From positions 1 through 31,530 of the IMG/VR virus record IMGVR_UViG_3300023281_001028: a stretch of DNA of 31,530 nt, one strand, 5' to 3'. The stretch's first letter is position 1. Each line of letters opens with the position of its first letter. This document shows positions 15,682-24,850 of this stretch, piece by piece. This DNA comes from a virus. Lineage: Duplodnaviria > Caudoviricetes. The translations under genes and the position numbers were made by a program. Under the pieces are notes generated by a model, which saw only the letters and a list, made by a program, of their open reading frames with translations, was not told the origin of the DNA and made no database searches.

Positions 15682-16296
15682 CTACCCCCACTTCCCCATG
15701 GCGAAGCCCAAGGGGCCCGCGAACTGGCTGAACAGCGAGTCACCAGCCTGGAACTGGAAGTTGCCCAAGTTCCCCGCAAGCATCCCGCCCATCTGCCCGG
15801 CCATCTGAGGCTTCTTGGCCAGGTAGTCCGCAAGCTGCGCCAGGCTCCCGCCCACCGCCATCCCACGGTTCGCCTGCAGGCCACTCATCAGCCCTGCCTG
15901 CTGGTCAGCCACCCCGCCCAGGGCGCGGTCAGTGTCAGCACCAATCCCCCGCGCCAGGTTCGGCGCAGCCGTGCTCGAGTACAGCCCCGTACTCGCCAGG
16001 TGCCCTCGAGCGTTGCCGAGCTTCTGCTTCTCACGCGCAAGGATGCTCTTCTCCGCACCCCGCCCGTACCGGCTGGCGGTGGCCAGGGCCTTGTCGTACC
16101 CGCCACGCACCTCGTCCACCTGCTGCTCCATCAGTGGGGTGCCCTTGGCGAAGGCGTCATTCAGCATGCCGAACAGCGAGCCCTGGCCCTGGTCGCCCAC
16201 ATTCCCGAAGAGCGCCTTGATCTGAGCAAGCTGCTGCTTGTTCAGGTTCATGGCCTCCTTGGCTCCCGTGTTGAAGAGGCTGTCGAAGAGTCCCAT
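15682..16296 (-). CDS. Small ejection protein (P22 gp7-like position), 204 aa
   Basis: MGLFDSLF start; G/A/Q-rich; LASTGLYSS motif; directly after the nozzle. Confidence 0.72.
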   Translation of the reverse strand: MGLFDSLFNTGAKEAMNLNKQQLAQIKALFGNVGDQGQGSLFGMLNDAFAKGTPLMEQQVDEVRGGYDKALATASRYGRGAEKSILAREKQKLGNARGHLASTGLYSSTAAPNLARGIGADTDRALGGVADQQAGLMSGLQANRGMAVGGSLAQLADYLAKKPQMAGQMGGMLAGNLGNFQFQAGDSLFSQFAGPLGFAMGKWG

Positions 16297-19200
16297 TACT
16301 TGCCTACCTTCCTGCGTCCCGCCTGGGTCACGCGGACCACGGTGTGCTCATGAGCCCACCGCTCCGACACCGTGCCCGAGATGTATCTGATCCACACATA
16401 CGCTCCACGCGCACGCACTGCGATGCGATTGAACCCAGGCCTAAGGGTCCCGCGCTTGACAGCCGAGCCCTTCCGGTCCGCCTGGTTGCTGACGTACAGC
16501 TCGTACTGCACACCATTCTGATCATAAGCCAGGGTCACCTGCAAGGTCACCAGCCGCCCCTCCATGTCCGGAGAGGCAAACTCGTACGGCCCCATCAGCA
16601 CGCTGCTCACCACCCGGTTCCCGTCATCGTTCGCGGAGTCCCGGTCCCAGTACAGGAGCTTCCCGTCCTCCGTCCCAATGCACAGCCTGCGGTCCAGGGG
16701 GTCGTCCCCGTCCAGCACGAACACCGTAGTGGGCTGCACCGCCGTCGCGCTGAAGGCGATGTCGTACCAGGCCGCGGTCTTCTTCTCCCAGAACCACCCG
16801 CCCACAGCAGTCCCGCCAGCACCGGTCGGGAGCTGGAGCAACAACAGCCCTTCCTCACGAGGGGCCCACGTGAGAGAGACGCGGTAGTCCTCAAGGTTGA
16901 TGTTGTCCAGCGCCCGCTCGATGCGGTCTTCACTGATGCGCACCACCCGACCGGCGGAGTACGCATACACCCCGAGCTTGGACCCCTTGTAGTAAGTGAT
17001 CCCCTCGGGGTCCTTCGTCCAGCACTGCTGCCCGAACGCGATCCCCTCCACTCGACTCAGTTCCTCGATATGAGGCTGGTTGTTCGACCCCACCGCTGCA
17101 CCCACCGGGTCATTGACCAAGATCTGCACGGTGTGGTCTCCGCCGATCAGGGCGGTCTTCTTGTCCAGGGGGATGAAGGCCGTGATAATGTCCGGGCTCT
17201 CCCCCAGGCTGACCGGGTTGTTCAACGAGATCGCCATCTCGAGGGACGGGCCCTCTGCGGGGAACTCGTTCCAGTCCAGGTGCGTGCCCATCTTCCCGAA
17301 GTGGATGTTGTGCGGGTCGTCGTGACTCACCACCACCGGGCGACCACGCCACGAGGTCATCAGCTTGATGTTGTCCGGGACGTGCCCACCGCCAAGTTCG
17401 GCCTTCCAGTCGGTGACCTCGTCCGTCTCTGGGTCGTAGACCACCTTCGTCGTTGAGTCCGAGAGGAGCACCTTCCCGAAAAGTTCCGTTCCCGTGATCC
17501 ACTTCGAGGAAGCGTCGAAGACCGCAGACCCGCCGGTTGGCGTGGTGTACGACCCCCCGCGCACGAACCTCTTCAGGTCCCCGCCCGTGACCAGAATGGA
17601 CTTTACGTCCCGGTGGGTGGTGACGGCGTTCAGAGCCGTCTTGATGTTCGCGGTCAGCTTCCACAGGTTGGTGGCGGTCAACTGCTCAGTGGCGTCCGTG
17701 GTGAGGTCTGAAGCAAAGTAGAAGTACCTCGCTCCACCCGCGGGGTCCGACCGGTAGTTCGGAGGATTCGGGGCCAGCGCCACGCCAGCGCCAAGATAGA
17801 TCTTGCTGTTGGGCTGAGGCAGCCCCAGGCGAAACCGCCTCTCCGAGATCCCGTTGTCTCCGCCGTCGCCCTTCCACCGGTATAGCTGGATGGAGTCAGT
17901 GGTCGCAGCGAGGGGCTGGTAGATGTCGTCGTCATCATCCACCACCATGCGCATGCCCGCGGACCCCGTGTTCGGGGAGCGGACGAGCGTGTCCCAGTGG
18001 GACCATGCCTCGGGCACGCGGGTGCCTCCCGCAAGCTGCGTGGTGATCGTGGGGTGGGTTCCGCTCGAGGCCAGGGAGATCGTTCCGGGTGACGCAGGCA
18101 GGGCCGCCAGGTTCACCTCGAACGACACCGTAGCGAGGGAGGCCACAGCGGTGATCACATCGAAGTAGGCGTGAGGCGTGTCACTCACATACTCGACATA
18201 CATCTGATCCATGGTCCTGGTCGCCATGACCGTGGTGGTCGGGCCGCCAGAGATGTCAATGTGCGTGTCCAGGGTGGGAGTCGCGGTGTACGTGAACACC
18301 TTCGCGGTCCCGTCCAAGGTGATCGTCAGCGTGTCCGACTCCGAAGGCACGCCCGCGTAGGTGATCAGCCCCGTGCGCAGCACGTTCGTCCGGTAGGTGT
18401 TGCCCAGGTCCAGGAGCTTCTTCACCACCACCGACCTCTGGAAGCTGCCCGTGGACTGCCCCCGCTGGTTGCCGGCCACGAACTCCCCGCAGGTGATCAC
18501 GTCATGGTCCGAGTCCACGCACACCCCATACCCGGCACCGGAACCAGCGACGGCCCAGGTCAGGCTGCCGTACAGGCCCGAGTACTTGGCGATGATCGGG
18601 TCCGCGCTCTTCAGCGCCAGGGCGTTGGCGTCCTCCGCATCAGGGAGGCCCGTAAAAGTGTTGATGGGCGGCTTCGCTGTCCCACCGAAGGGGTGATCGT
18701 TGAACAGTGGCGTGGTATCAGACGTGCCCAAGCCATTCGGGAGAATGTGCGACACCCCCCACTTGTGGGCCAGGTAGCCTTCGAGCTTCTCTACCTCGTT
18801 GGGCTCGGGGGCTGACCCGCCGCCATCTCCATAGGGGTAGTCAGCAGGGTCAATGTCGCTCCAGGCCTCGCCGTTGTTGATCGCCTGGCCAACCGAGAGG
18901 TTGAACGCCGTGTCGTGCGGGTTGGTAGTGGTGTCTCCCAGGATGGTGATGGCCTCTGCCACCCACCCGCTGAAGCTGCCCAGCCCGTAGTTGAAGATGT
19001 CGATTGTGCCGCGGTAGGACTTGACGTACCCACCAAAGTTGGACATGCCAAAAGCCGGCCCAGCTACGCTGCTCAAAGGCCATGCTCCGGACGCGATGTC
19101 CGCGATCGGCACGCCGTTGACGCGGATCATCGTCTGATCAGAAGCCGGGTAGTCGAACGTGAACGTGATGATCGCCACGTCTGTCTCGTTGTCTGTGCTC

Positions 19201-20864
19201 CCGTCGAACAGCAGGCTGTACTGGTACTCGTAGGCGTTCGCGTCCAGATCTCCCTGAACAAAAATTGTGAGCCACCCAGGGTCAGCCGTGTGCTCAGCTA
19301 GGCGGTCGGTGGCCGGCGTCCCGGTCAAGTTCGTGTAGTTCGCCTTCTTGATGTTTGCAAGGATTCCAAACTGCAGGTTCAGGTCTTTGTGCTGGAACAC
19401 CACGCTGGGGCCCGCATTGCGATCCAGCCGCAGGACCATCCCCGTCACGAATGTGCTCACAACAGGCGGCATCAGCGCCCGATTCTTTGGCCAAGCGTCG
19501 GTCTCATCCGCCTTGACCGAGTGGTCCCAACTGCCGTAGGTAAGAAGCCCCTGCCCCGGAACCATGTCCGGACCATCCACGAAAGGCCAGTACGGGAGGT
19601 TTGGGACGGTTGTCCCGTAGAGCAGGTCAAACTCGCGAGTGCCTGGGTGAACGTCCGCCGAGGTTATCACCCGAGACGCAGCCCTTGTGAGCGGGAGGGG
19701 GATAGCCGCCGCGCTGAACCGAACGCCGGGGCGTATGCCAAAGGCCGACTCGTCATGTGTAGGAGCTGGACGGCTCGCTGTCTTCGCCGGATCCGTGCCA
19801 ATGAACGGGCGCAAGGTCTCGTCGAGCACGCTCACCGTGGAGTTCGTCACCAGGGTGGCGTCGTCAATGTGGAACTTGCGGTCCTCCCACACATCTACAG
19901 CCTGCCCGTCAATCGGGTTCGTAGACACGGTCGCGTCTGTCCAGGACCAGATGCGCTCTTCGCCGCTGGCGTACTGGTGAGGCACCCACCCGTCAGTGTG
20001 AGCGGTGAACCCGTCCACGGTCTTGTTCCTGTCAGCGTTGGCCGGGCACGTCACGAAGACCGCGCCAGCTTGCGACACCGCGATGGCCGCCGCGGGATAC
20101 GGGACAGCCCAGGAGTGCAGATGCACCCCGTTCTGCTCCCCGTTGATGTAGACGCTGACCTGTGCCTTCTGAGGCCCGTCCTCCGTGGGATCGATGTCCT
20201 CGAGCACGTAGAGGAACCCGCTACTCTCCCGGAAGTCGATGGGAGAACCTATCGTCTCCACGTCCCAGGTCACATCGAAGAACCCCTTGTCCGTGGGCGC
20301 AAGCCGGAACAGGTTCCCCGTCGAGACCCCCTTCGCGGATCGCGCTCCCACGTACACGTTCAGGTCGCTGTCCACCTCAAGCCGCGGCACCGGGACCAGG
20401 GAGGCATTCAGCGGCACCCCCGTGAACAGGATCCGGTCGCCGTCCGGGCTGTACTGGGAGACAATCGCCTGCGCGTCCAGGATGTACACCGCGCCCTCGC
20501 GGTCGGTGGCCACGTCCAGGCCGGCGGCCTCTCCGATGGTCCGCGCCTCCCACTCCCGGAGCGCCTGGTTTCCCGCCCCGTACAGGTCCAGGGCGTTGTC
20601 TGCCGTGTACGCCCAGGTGGCCACAGCCTTGCCCGTGGTGATCGAGGACGCCCAGTCGATCTTCGTTCCCTGGGCCTTCGCATAGCCCGAGAGAAGCTCC
20701 GTGAAGCCCGGACGCTGCGCGCCACGGATCCTCCCCGTCTTCGGGTCCAGACCCAGGACGTTTGAGGCCTCCTCCGTCGTACCAGGCTCCTGGTCCGAGA
20801 AGGCGAAGTTGTCCGACCGCCCGCCCACGGGCCAGGGCAGCTTGAAGGGGCGGAGGCTCGGCAT
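16296..20864 (-). CDS. Tail nozzle / tubular protein B (P22 gp10-like) with inserted propeller and LamG-like domains, 1522 aa
   Basis: ATG at 20864 (TGATG overlap); WPVGG...SNV...GRIRGAQRPG N-terminus; RISEDRIE and RARGAYVWIRY C-terminus; position after the adaptor. Confidence 0.75.
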   Translation of the reverse strand: MPSLRPFKLPWPVGGRSDNFAFSDQEPGTTEEASNVLGLDPKTGRIRGAQRPGFTELLSGYAKAQGTKIDWASSITTGKAVATWAYTADNALDLYGAGNQALREWEARTIGEAAGLDVATDREGAVYILDAQAIVSQYSPDGDRILFTGVPLNASLVPVPRLEVDSDLNVYVGARSAKGVSTGNLFRLAPTDKGFFDVTWDVETIGSPIDFRESSGFLYVLEDIDPTEDGPQKAQVSVYINGEQNGVHLHSWAVPYPAAAIAVSQAGAVFVTCPANADRNKTVDGFTAHTDGWVPHQYASGEERIWSWTDATVSTNPIDGQAVDVWEDRKFHIDDATLVTNSTVSVLDETLRPFIGTDPAKTASRPAPTHDESAFGIRPGVRFSAAAIPLPLTRAASRVITSADVHPGTREFDLLYGTTVPNLPYWPFVDGPDMVPGQGLLTYGSWDHSVKADETDAWPKNRALMPPVVSTFVTGMVLRLDRNAGPSVVFQHKDLNLQFGILANIKKANYTNLTGTPATDRLAEHTADPGWLTIFVQGDLDANAYEYQYSLLFDGSTDNETDVAIITFTFDYPASDQTMIRVNGVPIADIASGAWPLSSVAGPAFGMSNFGGYVKSYRGTIDIFNYGLGSFSGWVAEAITILGDTTTNPHDTAFNLSVGQAINNGEAWSDIDPADYPYGDGGGSAPEPNEVEKLEGYLAHKWGVSHILPNGLGTSDTTPLFNDHPFGGTAKPPINTFTGLPDAEDANALALKSADPIIAKYSGLYGSLTWAVAGSGAGYGVCVDSDHDVITCGEFVAGNQRGQSTGSFQRSVVVKKLLDLGNTYRTNVLRTGLITYAGVPSESDTLTITLDGTAKVFTYTATPTLDTHIDISGGPTTTVMATRTMDQMYVEYVSDTPHAYFDVITAVASLATVSFEVNLAALPASPGTISLASSGTHPTITTQLAGGTRVPEAWSHWDTLVRSPNTGSAGMRMVVDDDDDIYQPLAATTDSIQLYRWKGDGGDNGISERRFRLGLPQPNSKIYLGAGVALAPNPPNYRSDPAGGARYFYFASDLTTDATEQLTATNLWKLTANIKTALNAVTTHRDVKSILVTGGDLKRFVRGGSYTTPTGGSAVFDASSKWITGTELFGKVLLSDSTTKVVYDPETDEVTDWKAELGGGHVPDNIKLMTSWRGRPVVVSHDDPHNIHFGKMGTHLDWNEFPAEGPSLEMAISLNNPVSLGESPDIITAFIPLDKKTALIGGDHTVQILVNDPVGAAVGSNNQPHIEELSRVEGIAFGQQCWTKDPEGITYYKGSKLGVYAYSAGRVVRISEDRIERALDNINLEDYRVSLTWAPREEGLLLLQLPTGAGGTAVGGWFWEKKTAAWYDIAFSATAVQPTTVFVLDGDDPLDRRLCIGTEDGKLLYWDRDSANDDGNRVVSSVLMGPYEFASPDMEGRLVTLQVTLAYDQNGVQYELYVSNQADRKGSAVKRGTLRPGFNRIAVRARGAYVWIRYISGTVSERWAHEHTVVRVTQAGRRKVGK

Positions 20865-21604
20865 CAGGTCGGCCCCGGTACGGATACGTCCCGCCAGTCT
20901 CCTGCCCACTGGGAGCCCTGCGCCATGCCGTTCGTCAGCACCCCGTAGTCGGGCTGCATCCCCGCATCGCGCTTCGCAGCTCCCCGCCAGTCAGGGCCCT
21001 GCACCACCTCCATCAGGCGGGAAGCTCGAGACCCGCCCTCAGGCTCGCTCCACCCCGCAGCGCAGGCCCGCAGGCACTCGAGGAAGGCCCCCTCCAGGAA
21101 CTCCGGCAGCACCAGCAGGGCGTTGTCAGAGACCACCTCCTGCCACCCGCGGCGGTAGTAGAGGTTCAGGGCCGAGGCGTCCGTGGTCGTGGGGGTAGGC
21201 CACACCGCAAGGCGGGGCTGGGGAGGCCCGACCCCGGAATAGTCTTGCTCGATGGACGCCTCGTAGTAGAGCGTGGACCCCTGGGTGTTTTTCTTGAGCT
21301 TGATGATTCGCCCCAGCGACACCATTTCAAAGTCTGAAGTCAGACCCGCGGTGTCGATAGCGACGATGCTTTTGAAGTCACTCGGGAGGTCCACGTAATT
21401 TTGCGATGCCGTGAAGCCCACGGACACCACCGAGCCCTGAAGCCACTTCCACTCCCTCTGATTCACGAGGAAGTTTCCAGCGTCATTCACAAGCTCGATG
21501 ACCGAAAGCCCCTCGGGCAGACCGCTGTCATCGTCTCCACCTCCAGACGCTCCAAGGAGAGTCCGGATGTGAGCAGCGCAGCGTTCGACCGAGAGTCTTG
21601 ACAT
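20864..21604 (-). CDS. Head-tail adaptor / tail tubular protein A
   Basis: LVNDAG, WKWL, YVDLPSDF, LAVWPTP, LYYRR motifs typical of podovirus adaptors. Confidence 0.8.
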   Translation of the reverse strand: MSRLSVERCAAHIRTLLGASGGGDDDSGLPEGLSVIELVNDAGNFLVNQREWKWLQGSVVSVGFTASQNYVDLPSDFKSIVAIDTAGLTSDFEMVSLGRIIKLKKNTQGSTLYYEASIEQDYSGVGPPQPRLAVWPTPTTTDASALNLYYRRGWQEVVSDNALLVLPEFLEGAFLECLRACAAGWSEPEGGSRASRLMEVVQGPDWRGAAKRDAGMQPDYGVLTNGMAQGSQWAGDWRDVSVPGPT

Positions 21605-21620
21605 CGCATTGAAGGGTAGT

Positions 21621-21691
21621 GGGGGAGAGGACGGGGTAATGACCCCTCCCCCGGAGAGAGGACGACAAGCCGGGAGGGGGAGGTCCCTCCC
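21621..21691 (-). terminator. Two GC-rich hairpins after the capsid/decoration genes (possible terminator or processing site)
   Basis: GGGAGGG/CCCTCCC stem near 21672-21691 and GGGGT/ACCCC plus GGGGGA/TCCCCC near 21621-21652; no clean U-tract. Confidence 0.4.
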
Positions 21692-21704
21692 AGCCCGCGC
21701 TCAC

Positions 21705-22205
21705 CTACAGACCAGCGCCCTGGCCGAAGCCATGGATGCCGTCGAACAGGACCCAGATGGTCTCTGCGCTGCCAGAAGCGGTCGCCTCCAGCGGGATGGC
21801 CAGAAGCTTCTCGCCAGCGGCCTGCACGTCAGAGTCCAGGTTGTCCTGGCCATTGACGGCGGCCAAGCGGTCAGCTTCCTCGTCAACGAGGTTGGCTCCG
21901 ACCACGATCGCCTGCACGAGTCCGCGCACGCATACGGTCATTGCCGCATCGTCTGCGGCAGCCACAGTGACGATGCCGAAGTACCCATGCTGCATCCCGA
22001 TGGTCGCAGGCAGGATCACGTTCGAGAACCCAGACGTTGTAGCGCCCACGTCGAACGTGGTACTCGCCGCGTCGGTCTGGTGCAGATCGAACATCACCAG
22101 GTCGCCAACCACGCGAGCGCCGGAGCGATTCATCACGCGGACAAGCTCCTGATCGGGTTGGATCCCGAAGGTCCCGCCAATAGTGGGAACAGGAAAAGAT
22201 GCCAT
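21705..22205 (-). CDS. Capsid decoration/cement protein (166 aa)
   Basis: ATG at 22205 after AAAGGAG; GDLV...GIV...A...VCVRG...LAIPLEA pattern; directly downstream of the MCP. Confidence 0.72.
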   Translation of the reverse strand: MASFPVPTIGGTFGIQPDQELVRVMNRSGARVVGDLVMFDLHQTDAASTTFDVGATTSGFSNVILPATIGMQHGYFGIVTVAAADDAAMTVCVRGLVQAIVVGANLVDEEADRLAAVNGQDNLDSDVQAAGEKLLAIPLEATASGSAETIWVLFDGIHGFGQGAGL

Positions 22206-22221
22206 GGTTTGTTCTCCTTTC

Positions 22222-23430
22222 TCAGATAGCGGGTGTGGTGTCGGAGGTCGGCGACAGGATTCCCTGGCGACGGCGCGAACGACAGATGACGTTGTTCCAG
22301 CAGTCAACATCCTGCACGCGAGTGAAGGGCTGACCACTGGGACGGATGGGCTCTTCCATCACAAGGTAGTTCTCAGAGTGAACTACGAAGTTCAGGTACT
22401 GGCCGTTGACGAAGTAGTACCGAGGACCAGCGCCAAGTCCTGTCGGGTTGGCAGTCCCTTCCGCAACGAGAGTGCTCGAACCGCTATCGTAAAGAGTCGC
22501 GGTGTCGAGGCTGTCGATGTAGTCCAACGGGACATTGCGGAACGTCGGGCTGTTGTAGTCCGGGTCCTGCCCGGAGGTCTTGCCGATGCCGCGGAACTCG
22601 TCCTGGTTCATGCGCAGGGCGGTCTCGTAGTTCGAGATACCAACCAGGCTGCACAAGATGACGTGCGGGCTCGTAGTCTTGTCGGAGAACTGCGGATCCT
22701 TCGGAAGACGGTCGAACTTCAGCGAATGAAGCAGGCGCGACATCGCGTTGAAGATGGGAGCTGCGGTTGCGGCAGTCGTGTTGGCGAACGTGTACTCAGC
22801 GCGCTGGTTGTCCCACTTGGCATTCGTGGCCACATTGATGCGCTGCACCGCAGAGCCCGTCCATGCCGTCGCAGTCGAGTCCAGGGGGATTCCCCCGGAG
22901 TCTTCCGTGATAAAGCAGGGGAGCGAGTACGGCTGCCGCGGGCTTGCGGGAGTCGTGCTCTCCATCAGGTTCTCGTTCGGGACTGCCCAAAGCTCGTCCT
23001 CCCAAGAGTTGCAGATGTCGGTCTTCAGGTTCTGGTGCTTCTGGTACATCACCGCCTTGTACCGCTGTGAGCGGAACTTCTTGGTGCTGCCCTCTTTGTT
23101 GAGCCCGATCTCCTGCTTCGTCCAGGACATGTGCGCGGTGCCAAAGGCCCACGGGACTGTCCAGGTCGTGCCGGTTTGCGGGTTCTGTCGTGTGAGCGTG
23201 ACGTTCGGGTTGTACCGCTGCCACGTACTTACTTCGTTGAAGAAGATGGTGTCGGTGATCTCGTCGCCCCCCTGGACGTACTCCATCATGTCTTTCCCGT
23301 TTTGAATCCGGGAGATCGTGTAGCGCCGTCGCACTGCCTCGTTGACCAGAGCCTCAGGGCCGCTGGCCCACGCAGGGCTTTGTGAGGCCATGAGCGTGGT
23401 GAAGTTATCGAGCGGTGTTCCGCCTGCCAT
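22222..23430 (-). CDS. Major capsid protein (402 aa)
   Basis: Strong GGAGG RBS; VQGGDEI, NAKWDNQ, TFRNVPL, YFVNGQYLNF, NVICRSRRRQG; follows the scaffold. Confidence 0.88.
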   Translation of the reverse strand: MAGGTPLDNFTTLMASQSPAWASGPEALVNEAVRRRYTISRIQNGKDMMEYVQGGDEITDTIFFNEVSTWQRYNPNVTLTRQNPQTGTTWTVPWAFGTAHMSWTKQEIGLNKEGSTKKFRSQRYKAVMYQKHQNLKTDICNSWEDELWAVPNENLMESTTPASPRQPYSLPCFITEDSGGIPLDSTATAWTGSAVQRINVATNAKWDNQRAEYTFANTTAATAAPIFNAMSRLLHSLKFDRLPKDPQFSDKTTSPHVILCSLVGISNYETALRMNQDEFRGIGKTSGQDPDYNSPTFRNVPLDYIDSLDTATLYDSGSSTLVAEGTANPTGLGAGPRYYFVNGQYLNFVVHSENYLVMEEPIRPSGQPFTRVQDVDCWNNVICRSRRRQGILSPTSDTTPAI

Positions 23431-23456
23431 GGTCCCCTCCTTTGGGGATTACATGG

Positions 23457-24410
23457 TCATCCACCGAACCGTGCTCGAACGTCCTTCGCTGAGGCCCCCT
23501 CCTGAATCGCAGCGATCTTCGCATCGAGGATCTGTGCTGCGGTCCTTGGTTTTCGTGGAGAGGCTACCTTGCGCGTTGGACTTCCGATGTCCTGCTGGTG
23601 GCTGACCTTCTGTTTGCGTTTGAGGTCCGCCTTCGAGGGTGGATCTGGCAGGTGCAGGCGCACTGCTGAAGACAGCAACGCACGGATGCGCTCGAGCCCG
23701 GAGAGTTCCGAATGGAACCCAGCCACGCCCAAACGCTCTGCAGCCTGTTCGACACCCGCAAAGGTGGTGCGGTCTCGAAGCCTGGGATCACTCGCCCCAA
23801 ACTCCGCCATCATGCTCTCCCGCATGAAGTCCTCGACAGCCCCTCCGCTTGCCCCATTGGGTGCGGGCTGCTGTGTCGGATTCCCTGCGATTGCCAAGAT
23901 GGCTTCCGCTGCCTCGTCACCAAACTCATCAGCCAGACGCGCCTTGGCCGCAGTGAGTTCCGGGGTCAGGGTTGGCTCTGCTTGCGCAGGCTCCCCACCG
24001 CCAGTTGACTCACCCGTCTCAAGTCGCTTCTCGAGTTCAGCAGCTCGCCGGAAGGCCTGGTCGATCTTGTCCTGAGGACCTGCGCGGTTGGACCACCAGT
24101 CGGTGATCTCCGTTCGGTCCATCCGGTCAAGAACGGCCACAGGGACGCCAGTCAACTGAAGACGACTCCGAGCAGTTTGATACTCGAGGTCCGCCTCCTT
24201 GGTCGGCTCTGCGCCACTACCATCAGTCTCGGTCTCGGTCTCCTCCAAGGCAGCGTCGGGGTCTCCCCCGTCGCCGGCCTCTTCGGGTTCGTACTCGTCA
24301 CCCGCGGGGGTCACGTCATCGTCGTCATCTCCGGCCATGATCTCGTCCAGCTTCGCGTCCAGGTCCGCGTCAGCCTCCGGAGTCAGCCCCTGATCGTTTA
24401 CCTCAGGCAT
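23457..24410 (-). CDS. Capsid scaffolding protein (317 aa)
   Basis: ATG at 24410 after GGAGG; very acidic N-terminus, basic C-terminus; between portal and MCP. Confidence 0.75.
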   Translation of the reverse strand: MPEVNDQGLTPEADADLDAKLDEIMAGDDDDDVTPAGDEYEPEEAGDGGDPDAALEETETETDGSGAEPTKEADLEYQTARSRLQLTGVPVAVLDRMDRTEITDWWSNRAGPQDKIDQAFRRAAELEKRLETGESTGGGEPAQAEPTLTPELTAAKARLADEFGDEAAEAILAIAGNPTQQPAPNGASGGAVEDFMRESMMAEFGASDPRLRDRTTFAGVEQAAERLGVAGFHSELSGLERIRALLSSAVRLHLPDPPSKADLKRKQKVSHQQDIGSPTRKVASPRKPRTAAQILDAKIAAIQEGASAKDVRARFGG

Positions 24411-24510
24411 CTCACCCTCCAATTTCCTTGTGTTCTGCGCCCTCTTGGAAGTCCTCTTTCGCTTTTCCCCCCACAAAGCCCCGTGGCCGGGACCATTGAG
24501 GAGGAATTCG

Positions 24511-24849
24511 TCACTCGATCCTGCTTGTGCCCTCCCCGTATGTGGCCCCCGGGTTGCTCCGCAGGAACTGCTTCACGTCCCTCCGGCTGGTCAGAACCGG
24601 CTGACCGTAGTCCGTGCTCTTCGGGTCCATCACGTAGTGGTTCGCCCCGGGGGCCCAGGGAGCCGCCTGTTGGACGACCACGCAGTCGATCTCTCTCTGC
24701 ACCGTCCCCTCCGGGAGTGCGAGAGAGAGGATCCTGGTCAGCCTCCGGCCCTCGTGCTCCATCGTCTCCCCGATCCGCGGGGCCGCGCTCATCGTCAGCC
24801 ATAGCTCGACCACCTCTCCGTCGTCGTCCTCGAAGTCATAGTGCGGCAT
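24511..24849 (-). CDS. FmdB-like small protein lacking the zinc-ribbon cysteines (112 aa)
   Basis: ATG at 24849 after GGAGG; MPHYDF...RILS; position after the portal. Confidence 0.6.
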   Translation of the reverse strand: MPHYDFEDDDGEVVELWLTMSAAPRIGETMEHEGRRLTRILSLALPEGTVQREIDCVVVQQAAPWAPGANHYVMDPKSTDYGQPVLTSRRDVKQFLRSNPGATYGEGTSRIE

Positions 24850-24850
24850 G

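Noticed and set aside
20865-20909. Upstream-extended starts in the ORF track (also 22337, 24476, 24918, 30491, 30894, 4566, 2621, 302, 81)
   Set aside because: Downstream starts have clear SD sites or stop/start overlaps, and the extensions mostly overlap neighbouring genes
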